NCBI GenBank assembly: GCA_963809885.1
Contig: CAWELA010000004.1
Span: forward strand, 61,019-125,018
Direction: 5' to 3'
Source of the DNA: an uncultured Acidimicrobiia bacterium
Lineage (GTDB): Bacteria; Actinomycetota; Acidimicrobiia; IMCC26256; PALSA-555
DNA: 64,000 nt
Of the stretch, positions 27,840-37,344 are shown in pieces (the stretch's first letter is position 1; the number at the start of each line of letters is the position of its first letter). The translations under genes and the position numbers were made by a program. Below the pieces are notes generated by a model. The model saw only the letters and a program-made list of their open reading frames with translations. It did not search any database and was not told the DNA's origin.

Positions 27840-27873
27840 GGGAGTCCACCGGGTGAGGGGAGTCCACCGGGTG
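27840..27873 (+). repeat. two tandem copies of GGGAGTCCACCGGGTG (18-nt period) just upstream of paaX-like gene 1
   Basis: The copies sit at 27840..27855 and 27858..27873. Related GGAGTC/AGAGTC hexamers occur at 27790 and 27830. The palindrome CTCCCGGGAG is at 27834..27843. A possible -10 (TAGAGT, 27829..27834) lies immediately upstream. Confidence 0.6.
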
Positions 27874-27887
27874 GGGAAGGGCCGCTG

Positions 27888-28772
27888 ATGTCAGCACGCT
27901 CCTCGTCGCGCTCGGGTGGCGGTCCGCGCGTCGCACCGCCCTCCGCGCCGCACGCGCGTCCGCGCTCGGGCGAGAGCGCGAAGTCGCTGCTGAACACGCT
28001 GCTCGGTGAGTTCGTGTACCCCGCCGGGGGCATGGCCTGGACCAGCACGCTCGTCGACGCGCTGGCCCTGCTCGAGGTCGAGGAGAAGGCTGCTCGTCAG
28101 GCCCTGGCCCGCAGCGCGGCCGAAGGTTGGCTCCAGCGCGAGCGGGACGGCCGCCGCGTGCGGTGGCGCCTCACGCCGCCGGGCATGCAGCGCTGCGTCG
28201 ACGGCACCGTTCGCATCAGCACGTTCGGGAGCGCTCGCGCGGACTGGGACGGCCAATGGCTCGTCCTGATCGTGAGCGTCCCGGAGGAGCAGCGGCCGCT
28301 CGGGCACCGCCTCCGGCGACGGCTCACCTGGGCGGGCTTCGGGTCGCTCGGCCAGGGGACCTGGATCACGCCCCACGCCGACCTCGAGGCCGAGGCCGCG
28401 CGCATCCTCGCGGAGCTCGACCCGTCCCCGCGCGCGATGTCGTTCCTCTCCCGCTTCGGCGCCCTCGGCGAGGAGCGCGAGCTGGTCGCCGAGGCGTGGG
28501 ACCTCGACGAGCTCCAGGAGCGCTATCGGTCGTTCATGGAGCAGTTCCGGTCGGTGAAGCCGCGTGACGACGCGTCGGCGTTCGCGGCGGTGACGCGCCT
28601 GGTGCACGAGTGGCGTCGCTTCGCGTTCGGAGATCCCGTGCTCCCGGTTGCCCTGCTCCCCGCGCCGTGGTCCGGCACCCGGGCGAAGCAGCTCTACGAC
28701 GACCGTCTCGCCGACTGGCTCCCCGCTGCGGCGCGTTGGTACCGGGAGGCAGAGGAGCGCGCCCAGGGGTGA
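27888..28772 (+). CDS. PaaX-family transcriptional regulator, copy 1
   Basis: ATG 27888 lies inside ORF 27354..28772: ...SAKSLLNTLLGEFVYPAGGMAWTSTLVDALALLEVEEKAARQALARSAAEGWLQRERDGRRVRWRLT...WDGQWLVLIVSVPEEQRPLGHRLRRRLTWAGFGSLGQGTWITPH... Confidence 0.85.
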   Translation: MSARSSSRSGGGPRVAPPSAPHARPRSGESAKSLLNTLLGEFVYPAGGMAWTSTLVDALALLEVEEKAARQALARSAAEGWLQRERDGRRVRWRLTPPGMQRCVDGTVRISTFGSARADWDGQWLVLIVSVPEEQRPLGHRLRRRLTWAGFGSLGQGTWITPHADLEAEAARILAELDPSPRAMSFLSRFGALGEERELVAEAWDLDELQERYRSFMEQFRSVKPRDDASAFAAVTRLVHEWRRFAFGDPVLPVALLPAPWSGTRAKQLYDDRLADWLPAAARWYREAEERAQG

Positions 28773-28797
28773 CGGACGGCTCCCGGCGCGGGACGCG

Positions 28798-30030
28798 TCA
28801 GCCGGTCGGAACCTTGATGGCGGCGGGGGGGCGACGAGCCAGGGCCCGGTCGATCGCCGGGGCCAGCCGGTCGAGCTTGCGCTCGCGCTGGGCCGTGTCC
28901 CGCTCCGCGAACTCGGGGAGCACCTCGCTCGCGAAGAGCTCGAGCGACTCGCAGATGTGCTCATGGCGGTTGTGCCCGACCTGGCTGAAGAGCAGCACCT
29001 GGTCGCACCCGGCCTCCTCGTAGCGGCGCAGGAACTCACGGATCTGGGCGGGCGTCCCGATGGCTCCGCGTTGCGCGTAGCTGTTGGTGCGGTCGTAGGT
29101 GGCCGCGAGTCGACCCTGGGCGTCATCGAGGATCGTGCGATCGAAGCCCGCGTCGGCGCGATCGCGCTGGAAGTCGGTCCAGAGCCGGGAGTTCCCGTGC
29201 GTGTGGGTGTCGCCGTGGGCGTAGTAGTGGAGGAGGCTGTAGGAGAGGAAGTGCGCGCCTTCGAGTCCGCGGTCGAGCGCGGTCTGCTCGTCGCGGTGGC
29301 ACATCAGGCCGGTCACCACCGCGAGCTCGGGGTTCACGGTGAAGCCCGCTGGGACGCACTCGTCGGATTCCAGGGTGGCCTGGTAGCCGTCGACCCACTC
29401 ACGAGCCTGCTCGGGCTCGATGAGCATCGAGAAGCAGAGCGCGCCGAGTCCGTTCCGCGCCGCGATCGGGATGACGTCGGGACGAGGTGCGGCCATCCAG
29501 AGCGGCGGGTGTGGTCGCTGGTACGGCTTCGGGACGACGTTGCGCGCCGGCATCTGCAGGAACCGACCGTCGTAGCCCGCGAACGGCTCCTCGACGAACA
29601 TGCGCGTGATCGCGTCGAGTGACTCGCGCCACTGCTCGCGCTTGGTCTCGTAGTCGACGCCGAACCCCGCGGGTTCCACCGCCCCGGTGCCTTCGCCGGT
29701 CCCGAACTCCACCCGGCCGTTCGAGACCAGGTCGAGCGTCGCGATTCGCTCTGCGACCCGCGCCGGGTGGTTCACCTTCGACGGGAGCTGCACGATGCCG
29801 TGCCCGAGCCGGATCCGTGAGGTGCGCTGCGATGCGGCCGCGAGGAAGACCTCCGGCGCACTCGAGTGGCTGTACTCCTCGAGGAAGTGGTGCTCGACCT
29901 CCCACACGTAGTCGATGCCCAGGCGGTCCGCGAGCTCGACCTGCTCGAGCGCTTCCTGGAAGATCCGATGCTCGGTGTCGGGGTCCCACGGCCGCGGCAT
30001 CTGCATCTCGACGAAGATTCCGAATCGCAC
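28798..30030 (-). CDS. luciferase-like (LLM-class) flavin-dependent monooxygenase/oxidoreductase
   Basis: ORF 28798..30066. I prefer GTG 30030 as the start, because VRFGIFVEMQMPRPW matches the usual MRFGIF... LLM N-terminus and the AT-rich palindrome lies just upstream. Further motifs: ...GIDYVWEVEHHF..., ...IGTPAQIREFLRRYEEAGCDQVLL... Confidence 0.85.
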   Translation of the reverse strand: MRFGIFVEMQMPRPWDPDTEHRIFQEALEQVELADRLGIDYVWEVEHHFLEEYSHSSAPEVFLAAASQRTSRIRLGHGIVQLPSKVNHPARVAERIATLDLVSNGRVEFGTGEGTGAVEPAGFGVDYETKREQWRESLDAITRMFVEEPFAGYDGRFLQMPARNVVPKPYQRPHPPLWMAAPRPDVIPIAARNGLGALCFSMLIEPEQAREWVDGYQATLESDECVPAGFTVNPELAVVTGLMCHRDEQTALDRGLEGAHFLSYSLLHYYAHGDTHTHGNSRLWTDFQRDRADAGFDRTILDDAQGRLAATYDRTNSYAQRGAIGTPAQIREFLRRYEEAGCDQVLLFSQVGHNRHEHICESLELFASEVLPEFAERDTAQRERKLDRLAPAIDRALARRPPAAIKVPTG

Positions 30031-30038
30031 GGTCCGCA

Positions 30039-30046
30039 GAATATTC
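30039..30046. promoter_or_regulatory. palindrome GAATATTC (context cAGAATATTCGAc), shared with 34444..34453; candidate operator and/or -10 (TATTCT on the minus strand) of the LLM gene
   Basis: The 9-mer GAATATTCG recurs upstream of the permease gene. On the minus strand TATTCT ends 7 nt before GTG 30030, which suggests a leaderless transcript. Confidence 0.35.
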
Positions 30047-30178
30047 GACAGACAGCGAGAGGTCAAGACGAAGAGTGTCGACTAATCGAACGACCCGGCG
30101 TCCCTCGTCACGGTCGAGCTCGTCGTGACCGATGCCCGTCCGCGACCGGGGGAGATGGCACGTTCGTGGGGGGCGGCC

Positions 30179-30206
30179 TTGACCTGTCGAAGTCGGTCGG
30201 TATGAT
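30179..30206 (+). promoter_or_regulatory. candidate sigma-70-type promoter TTGACC-16 nt-TATGAT for the solute-binding-protein operon
   Basis: TTGACC is at 30179..30184 and TATGAT at 30201..30206. CGGACAA direct repeats at 30211 and 30224 enclose the inverted repeat GACA-aaac-TGTC at the predicted +1 region. It lies 91 nt upstream of ATG 30297. Confidence 0.45.
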
Positions 30207-30296
30207 CCGCCGGACAAAACTGTCGGACAATCTGGCGATACCGAGTCGCAGGAGCGACGAGGCGTCGGCGCGGACGGCACGACCTAGGGGGGATCC

Positions 30297-31529
30297 ATGG
30301 ATCGCAAGGGCGTCCGTGTGGTCGCGCTCGGCGCGGCACTCACGCTGATGACCGGCCTGTTGGCCGGGACCGCGTCGGCGCGCACGAACCACCAGAGCAG
30401 CGGCGGCGCGAAGACCGAGATCGTCATCGCCGCGCTCGGCCCGTTCTTCGACGCGACCACCGGCACCAAGAGCAGCGAGTGGCCGGCGGCCGTCAAGGCG
30501 CGAGTCAAGGCCGCGAACAAGGCCAAGGAGCTCGGGCCCGACGTGACGCTGAAGGTCTTCGAGTGCGACACCGGCCTCGACCCCAACGACACCGAGGCAT
30601 GCGCGCGCGACGCGATCGACCAGGGTGCGGTGGCCTCGGTGGGCTTCAACGGCACCACGGGCACGAACCTCCTCCCGATCCTCGAAGGGGCAGGCATCCC
30701 GGCGATCGGCACGGTGCCGGTGAGCCCGGCCGAGACCAGCTCACCGGTCTCGTTCCCGCTCACCTCGGGAGTTCCCGGCGCGTTCGAGGCGCTCCCCATC
30801 GCCCTGGGCGAGAAGGGTGCGACCAGCCAGGGGCTCGTGGTCACCGACCTCGGTGCCGCGACGGCAACCGCGGAGCTGTTCGTCAAGGACTCGGTCACTC
30901 GGCAGGGCTACACGCTGGGCGAGCCCGTCATCGCCGCGCCGGACCAGACCGACTTCGCCCCGATCGTGGCTGCCGCGACGTCCGGCGACCCGGAGGGCAT
31001 CAGCGTCTTCATCATCGGTGACGCGGCGGCCAACTTCATCCGGCAGCTGCGCCAGGGCGGGTACGAGGGCGTGCTCTCGTCCGGGAGCCCGTTCCTCACC
31101 GGCAGCGTCATCGACGCGCTCGGTAGCGACGCCAACGGGATCCAGGTGCCGTCGCTGGTGCGCTGGCAGAAGAGCGTCGGTGGGAAGCAGTACATCAAGG
31201 AGATGAAGAAGTACGCGAAGGGCGAGGCGATCAGCGACCTCGCCTCCAACTACTGGCTCTCGACCTGGACCACCATCGAGCTGCTCGGGCAGATCATCGA
31301 CGACGGCGGCACGCCGGACGCGGCATCGTTGCTGGCGGCTGCGAGTGCGCTCGACAACTTCGACACCCAGGGCATGACGCCGCCGATCACCACGACGGCG
31401 TCTCCGACCCTGGACTCGCCGTTCCCGCTCGAGCGCTTCTACAACCCGACCGTGTTCATGTTCCAGATCAAGAAGGGCAAGCTGGTCGAGACGGGGAAGG
31501 ACTTCATCAACCCGTTCGAGAAGCAGTAG
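30297..31529 (+). CDS. ABC transporter substrate-binding protein (type-1 periplasmic-binding fold, LivJ/LivK-like), secreted
   Basis: ORF-track 410 aa. The signal peptide is [28 protein letters not shown]. The mature part shows the pattern of branched-chain/aromatic-acid binding proteins. Confidence 0.8.
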   Translation: MDRKGVRVVALGAALTLMTGLLAGTASARTNHQSSGGAKTEIVIAALGPFFDATTGTKSSEWPAAVKARVKAANKAKELGPDVTLKVFECDTGLDPNDTEACARDAIDQGAVASVGFNGTTGTNLLPILEGAGIPAIGTVPVSPAETSSPVSFPLTSGVPGAFEALPIALGEKGATSQGLVVTDLGAATATAELFVKDSVTRQGYTLGEPVIAAPDQTDFAPIVAAATSGDPEGISVFIIGDAAANFIRQLRQGGYEGVLSSGSPFLTGSVIDALGSDANGIQVPSLVRWQKSVGGKQYIKEMKKYAKGEAISDLASNYWLSTWTTIELLGQIIDDGGTPDAASLLAAASALDNFDTQGMTPPITTTASPTLDSPFPLERFYNPTVFMFQIKKGKLVETGKDFINPFEKQ

Positions 31530-31664
31530 CCGGCAGGCTCGACGACGTATCGACCGGGGTCGGCGGCATCCGTGCCGCCGACCCTCGTCGCGTGCGGGCC
31601 CGGGCCCTTCCCGACCGTCCGTTCGGTCGGCTAGGTTTCCCGGCGCCCGCGTTCTCTCGACCAA

Positions 31665-33097
31665 GTGAGGTGCAGCCCGGTGCCGGATTTCGAGCAGCAG
31701 TACATCGGCGGCGAGTGGGTCGACCCGGCGAGCCGCGAGACGATCGACGTCGTGGGCTCCTCCACCGAGGCGGTGATCGGACACGTCCCGGCGGGGACGT
31801 CGGTGGACGTCGACCGCGCGGTCGCCGCCGCGCGGGACGCGTTCGGACCGTGGTCGGCCACGAGTGTCGAGGACCGTGCCGCCGCGCTCGAGCGGATCCA
31901 CGCCGAGTTCGAGGAGCGGGCGAAGGAGATCGCCGAGACCATCGCCGCGGAGATGGGCGCACCGCTCAAGGTCGCCCAGCGGATCCAGGTCGGTCTGCCG
32001 CTCATGGTGCTGGGCTCGTACCCCGGCATCCTGCGGGACTACGAGTTCGAGGAGGAGCTCGGGACCTCGCTCGTGGTCCGCGAGCCGGTCGGTGTGGTCG
32101 GCGCGATCACGCCGTGGAACTACCCGCTCCACCAGGTCGTCGCCAAGGTCGCGCCGGCACTCGCCGCCGGCTGCACGATCGTGCTGAAGCCGAGCGAGGT
32201 CGCACCGTTGGCGGCCTTCCAGTTCGCCGAGGTCGTCGACCGGGCCGGGCTGCCGCCGGGCACGTTCAACCTGGTGAGCGGCACCGGCCCCGTGGTCGGC
32301 GAGGCGATCGCCGCGCACCCGGGCGTCGACATGGTGTCGTTCACGGGTTCGACGCGCGCGGGAAGCGCGTTGCCGAGCTCGGGGCGGGCACGGTGAAGCG
32401 CGTCGCGCTCGAGCTCGGCGGGAAGTCCGCGAACGTGATCCTCGACGACGCCGATCTCTCGACTGCGGTGCCCGCGGGCGTGAAGAACTGCTACCTCAAC
32501 TCCGGCCAGACCTGCACGGCGCTCACCCGGATGCTCGTACCGAACGACCGTATGGACGAAGCCGCCGAGCTCGCCAAGCAGACGGCCGAGGCGTTCCGCC
32601 CGGGTGATCCGTTCTCGAGCGACACGAACCTCGGCCCGCTGGTCTCCGACGTCCAGCGCGAACGAGTCCGCTCGTACATCCGCACCGGGGTCGAGGAGGG
32701 GGCCACACTCGTGACCGGAGGAGACGAGCCGCCCGACGGGCTCGAGACCGGCTACTACGTCCGGCCGACCGTCTTCGCACGCGTCCGGCCCGACATGACG
32801 ATCGCCCGCGAGGAGATCTTCGGTCCGGTGCTCTCCATCATCGGCTACGACGACGAGGACGACGCTGTGGAGATCGCCAACGACACCGAGTACGGGTTGG
32901 CGGGGGCGGTGTGGTCGGGAGACCCCGAGCGTGCCATGCGAGTCGCCCGTCGACTGCGAACCGGCCAGGTCGACGTCAACGGTGGCGCGTTCAACCCGAT
33001 CGCCCCGTTCGGTGGCTACAAGCAGTCGGGGACGGGGCGAGAGCTCGGTCCCCACGGCCTCGAGGAGTTCCTCGAGGTGAAGTCGTTGCAGCGCTGA
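31665..33097 (+). pseudogene. NAD(P)-dependent aldehyde dehydrogenase, one frame break as assembled
   Basis: ORF 31665..32396 (...[12 protein letters not shown]...ITPWNYPL...VLKPSE...[10 protein letters not shown]) continues in the frame of ORF 31592..33097 ([32 protein letters not shown]...[14 protein letters not shown]...[10 protein letters not shown]...). The break is at about 32362 and behaves as -1. The start may be GTG 31680. Confidence 0.9.
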
Positions 33098-33138
33098 TCG
33101 AGGTCGCCGACACCCAGGAGCAGCCGTGGACCGTTATC

Positions 33139-33591
33139 TTGCTCTTCCGTACCTTCGACGAGCTCGAGGTGGGCGACTCGCAGACCACCATGGGTCGCAC
33201 GATCACCGAGACCGACATCGTCAACTGGTGCTCGTTGACCGGTGACTGGTTCTATCCGCACATCGACAAGGTCGCGGCCGAGCGGTCGATGTTCAAGCAG
33301 CGCGTCGTGCCCGGGATCCTGGTGTACGCGGTCGGAACCGGGCTCGGTGTGCCTGCCGACTCGACGACGATCGTCGCCAACTACGGGGCCGACGACCTCC
33401 GGTACACGAAGCCCACCTGGATCGCCGACACGATCCATCTCGAGATCGAGGTCCTCGAGAAGGACGATCGCGACACGAAGTCCGGAGTCGTCACCTATCG
33501 CTGGGACATCGTGAACCAGAACGGTGAGACGGTCTGCGCGAGCAAGCTCAAGATCCTGACCGCGAAGCAGCGCCGTCCCTACGGCGAGTAG
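33139..33591 (+). CDS. MaoC-like (R)-specific enoyl-CoA hydratase/dehydratase (hot-dog fold)
   Basis: This is the C-terminal part of ORF 32911..33591: ...FRTFDELEVGDSQTTMGRTITETDIVNWCSLTGDWFYPHIDKVAAERSMFKQRVVPGILV.... The start is uncertain; TTG 33139 is the best in-frame option after the ALDH stop. Confidence 0.7.
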   Translation: MLFRTFDELEVGDSQTTMGRTITETDIVNWCSLTGDWFYPHIDKVAAERSMFKQRVVPGILVYAVGTGLGVPADSTTIVANYGADDLRYTKPTWIADTIHLEIEVLEKDDRDTKSGVVTYRWDIVNQNGETVCASKLKILTAKQRRPYGE

Positions 33592-33612
33592 CCACGAACG
33601 AGAGGCGACACG

Positions 33613-34393
33613 ATGCCAGACACCGTCCTGCTCGAGGTCGACGGTCCCTACGCCGAGCTCGTGCTCAACCGACCCGACAAGATCAACGCGATCGACGACG
33701 ACCATGGTCGACGATCTCCACGATCGGCTCGACGAGGCGGAGCGGGAGAACGTGCGTGCGCTGGTCGTCCGCGGTGAGGGCCGCGGGTTCTGCGCCGGCC
33801 GAGACCTCGCGGCTGCGGAGCCACTCGATGAAGATGGTGAAGCGATCCTCAACGAGCAGCTCAACCCGGTCGTCGAGCGCCTCGCGCGGTTCCCGGCGCC
33901 GTCGTTCTGCGCGTTGCACGGTCCTGCCCTCGGCACCGGCCTCGGACTCGCGCTCGCGTGCGACGTCGTGTTCGCAGCCGACGACGCGCGCATCGGCTCA
34001 CCCTTCGCGCGTATCGGTGCGGTGCTCGACTCCGGTGCACACGACTTCCTCGTCCGGCGCATCGGTGGCCACCGGACACTCGAGCTGGTCTACACCGGCC
34101 GGATGCTGTCGGGGATCGAGGCCGCAGCGTGGGGCATCGTGAACCGCAGCGTCGCGCGGCTCGACCTCCTCGCCCGCGTGCGCGGGATGGCCCGCCAGGT
34201 CTCGACCGGCCCGACCACCGCGTTCCTCGCGTCGAAGGCTCTCGTATGGCGCATGACCGATGAAGGACTGTCCTTCGGTGACGTGCTGCGGGCCGAGGCC
34301 GCGGCGCAAGGAGCGGCCTCGAAGACCCACGACTACCGAGCGGGCATCGGGGCGTTCCAGGAGAAGCGCAGCCCCGAGTTCACGGGGGCGTGA
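33613..34393 (+). pseudogene. enoyl-CoA hydratase/isomerase (crotonase) family protein 3, one frame break as assembled
   Basis: ATG 33613: MPDTVLLEVDGPYAELVLNRPDKINAIDDD. The protein then continues in ORF 33704..34393: MVDDLHDRLDEAERENVRALVVRGEGRGFCAGRDL...ALHGPALGTGLGLALACDVVFAA...FQEKRSPEFTGA*. The break is at about 33702, an extra C. Confidence 0.85.
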
Positions 34394-34443
34394 CGTGCAT
34401 CCCGGCGTGGCCCGTTCCAATCAGCCCTCTGGTCATCAGATAC

Positions 34444-34453
34444 CGAATATTCG
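34444..34453. promoter_or_regulatory. perfect 10-bp palindrome CGAATATTCG upstream of the permease gene; candidate operator (TetR?)
   Basis: It shares the 9-mer GAATATTCG with 30039..30047. It lies in the AT-rich 97-nt gap between ECH3 and the permease gene. Confidence 0.35.
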
Positions 34454-34490
34454 TCATGTGGTTGACGTTCAATGCAGTGACATGTAGAAG

Positions 34491-36487
34491 ATGGGTTTCG
34501 GTCCCGATGGGTCGGGACCTGGTGTGGGGAGAACGCTCCTGACCGTGTTCCTGCAGTTCGGCTTGCTCGGCCTCGGACTGGGCGGGATCTACGCGCTGTC
34601 GGCGCAGGGCATCGTCCTGGTCTACCGCGGCTCCGGTGTCCTGAACTTCGCGCACGGCGCCATGGCTGCGGTCGGCGCGTTCGCGTACGTCGAGGCGCTC
34701 GACGCGGGCTGGGGGACGGCGGGTGCGGTCGCGGTCGGTGTCACGGTCGCGGCGATCTCCGGCGCGCTCGTCCACCTGCTGGTGATGCACTGGCTCTGGA
34801 AGGCCTCGCCGCTCACCCGGCTCGTCGCCACCCTGGGCGTGCTCACCGCGCTCCAGGCGGCGCTCATCGGGTGGCCGTTCAACTTCGGCGACGCACAACG
34901 CTTCGTCACCGGCTTCCTGCCGGCGAGCTCGATCTCCTTCGGCGACGACATCACCGTGAGCGAGGATCGCCTGTGGATCCTGGGTGTCGCCGCGATCCTC
35001 AGCGTCATCCTCTGGCTCGTCTATCGCTACACGCGATTCGGGTTGATCACGCGCGCGGTCGCCGAGAACGAAGAGGCGGCCGCGACCCTCGGGCGCTCGC
35101 CGGACGTGATCGCGACGATCAACTGGTCGGCCGGCGCCGGACTGGCCGGCTTGGCGGGAATCCTCGTGGTCCCGATCATCGGGTTGTCGGTCAACCAGAT
35201 CCTGCTGCTCCTCGTCCCCTCGCTCGCGGCCGCGCTGGTCGGGAACTTCACGTCGTTCCCGCTGACGTTCCTCGGCGGCGTCCTGATCGGCGTCATCGAG
35301 GCCGAGCTCACGAGCGGCGCCGATTGGATCCCGGAGTTCCTGAAGGCGCCCGGGTGGTCGAAGTCGGTCCCGTTCCTCGTCATCATCGTGGTGCTGATCG
35401 TGCGTGGCCGCGCATTGCCGCTGCGGAGCCACATCAACGAGCGCATGCCCGGGCTCGGCAGCGGACGCATCCGCTGGGTGCCGCTCGCGCTCTCGGTCGC
35501 GCTCGTCATGGTGCTCGTCAACGGCGCCGGGATCGTGGGCTTCGACGGCGTGCACCTGAACTGGGTGAGCGCGACGACCACGACGGTGATCGGTGCGACC
35601 ATCTGCCTCTCGCTCGTCGTCGTCACCGGCTACACGGGCCAGCTGTCGCTCGCCCAGTACGCCCTCGCCGGGATCGGCGCGTACATCGCCTCGCGAGCCG
35701 CCTCCGGTGGTGAGCTGGTCGAGCTGATCAACCTCGGCAAGGTCGACTTCGAGGTGGCGTTGCTCATCGGAGTTCTCGGCGCCGTGCCCATCGGTCTGCT
35801 CGTCGGCCTGCCGGCCCTCCGAACTCGCGGGGTCAACCTCGCGATCGCCACCCTCGGGCTCGCGCTGCTGATCGAGCGCGTGGTGCTCGGGAACGCCGAC
35901 TACACGGGTGGCTTCGAAGGCACGGTCGTACCTTCGCCTGATTTCCTCGGCATCAACCTCGATCCGGTCGAGTACCCGCGTCGCTACGCCCTCTTCTGCA
36001 TCGTCTTGTTCTCGATCGCGGGGCTCATGGTCGCGAACCTCCGTCGGGGTCGCAGCGGTCGACGTCTCGTGGCGGTTCGCGCCAATGAGCGCGCGGCCGC
36101 ATCCTTGGGCATCTCGGTCGTCGGGGCGAAGCTCTACGCCTTCGGGCTCGCGGCGGGGATCGCGGGGCTCGGCGGGATCCTGTTGGCGTTCCGAAGTCGC
36201 ACGGTGCTGTTCACGCCGTACAACGTCTTCAACTCGATCCAGGTCGTGGTCCAGACGGTTCTCGGCGGGATCGGGTTCATCGGCGGTGCGATCTTCGGTG
36301 GAGCGATCGCGATCGGCGGCGCGCTCTCGTACGCGATGACCGAGCTGCTCGGCATCGACGGCCTCACGATCATCTTCCTCTCGGGCGTTCTGCTGATCAT
36401 CAGCCTCATCCAGTTCCCCGACGGCGTCGTGGCGGGGATGGCGCGCCAGCTCCGGTGGGCGTTCGCGATCGCTTCGGCGCGCGATGA
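34491..36487 (+). pseudogene. fused LivH-LivM type branched-chain-amino-acid-family ABC permease; the stop codon is reached only after an inferred frame break
   Basis: ORF 34491..37187 has a LivH-like half (...GGIYALSAQGIVLVYRGSGVLNFAHGAM...) and a LivM-like half (...VTGYTGQLSLAQYALAGIGAY...RANERAAASLGISV...). After ...FPDGVVAGMARQL the frame runs on as Arg/Pro-rich read-through across livG. The -1 frame instead ends ...VGVRDRFGAR* with TGA 36485-36487, overlapping the livG ATG (ATGA). The inferred break is at about 36445. The true start is probably internal (about 34520). Confidence 0.7.
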
Positions 36488-37344
36488 GGCTGCCCACACG
36501 AGCGGTCGCACCGCTCCCCGTGGTCGAGCGCGAACCCGTGGCACCGAAGGTCCTGGCGGTCCAGCACGTAGGCGTGCACTTCGGCGGCGTCGTCGCCGTC
36601 GACGACGTCTCGCTCGAGGTGCATCCCGGCGAGGTGCTCGGCCTGATCGGGCCGAACGGCGCCGGCAAGACGACACTCATCGACGTGATCACCGGTTTCA
36701 CGCCCCCGGACACCGGGAGTGTCATGCTCGACGCCACGTCCACCAACCGGTGGTCGCCGCGCCGACGGGCCCGGGAGGGCATCGGGCGTTCGTTCCAGTC
36801 ACTCGAGCTCTTCGAGGACCTGGACGTACTCGACAACCTCCGGGCCGCGTCGGATCGTCGCGATCCGCTCGCGTACCTCACCGACCTCGTCTGGCCCCGC
36901 TCCCCGCCCCTGTCCGGGACTGCGGTGGCTGCGGTCCGCGAGTTCGGGCTCGAGCGCGACCTCGACCGCAGGCCCTCCGAGCTCCCGTACGGTCAACGCC
37001 GCCTCGTCGGGATCGCGCGAGCCGTCGCGACCCGCCCGTCGGTGCTCCTGCTCGACGAGCCGGCCGCGGGTCTCGACGAAGCCGAGACCCGGGAGCTGAG
37101 CGAGCTCGTGGTGCGGCTCGCCAAGGAGTGGGGACTCGGCATCCTGCTCGTCGAACACGACGTGTCGTTGGTCATGGCGGTGTGTGACCGCATCGTCGCC
37201 CTGGACTTCGGGAAGGTGATCGCCACCGGGACCCCCGACGAGATCCGCGGCAACGCCGCCGTCATCGCGGCGTACCTCGGCGATCCCGACGACGTGGGCT
37301 CGGCGGCGTCCGAGACCGGTTCCCAGCCGGAGCCGGTGGCATGA
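36484..37344 (+). CDS. livG: ABC transporter ATP-binding protein, LivG-like
   Basis: ORF-track 286 aa. Walker A GPNGAGKTT, signature-like LPYGQRRLVGIARA, Walker B LLLDEPAAGL, and a C-terminal ...AAYLG tail typical of LivG. Confidence 0.9.
   Translation: MRLPTRAVAPLPVVEREPVAPKVLAVQHVGVHFGGVVAVDDVSLEVHPGEVLGLIGPNGAGKTTLIDVITGFTPPDTGSVMLDATSTNRWSPRRRAREGIGRSFQSLELFEDLDVLDNLRAASDRRDPLAYLTDLVWPRSPPLSGTAVAAVREFGLERDLDRRPSELPYGQRRLVGIARAVATRPSVLLLDEPAAGLDEAETRELSELVVRLAKEWGLGILLVEHDVSLVMAVCDRIVALDFGKVIATGTPDEIRGNAAVIAAYLGDPDDVGSAASETGSQPEPVA

Noticed and set aside
28773-28797. Possible terminator CCCG-gcg-CGGG between the convergent paaX-1 and LLM genes
   Set aside because: It has only a 4-bp stem and no T-tract, so it is too weak to call.
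34491-37187. Genuine LivH-LivM-LivG triple fusion protein
   Set aside because: The ATPase motifs (Walker A, signature, Walker B) are read only in the frame of ORF 36484..37344, not in the permease frame. The permease frame downstream of about 36480 is Arg/Pro-rich nonsense.
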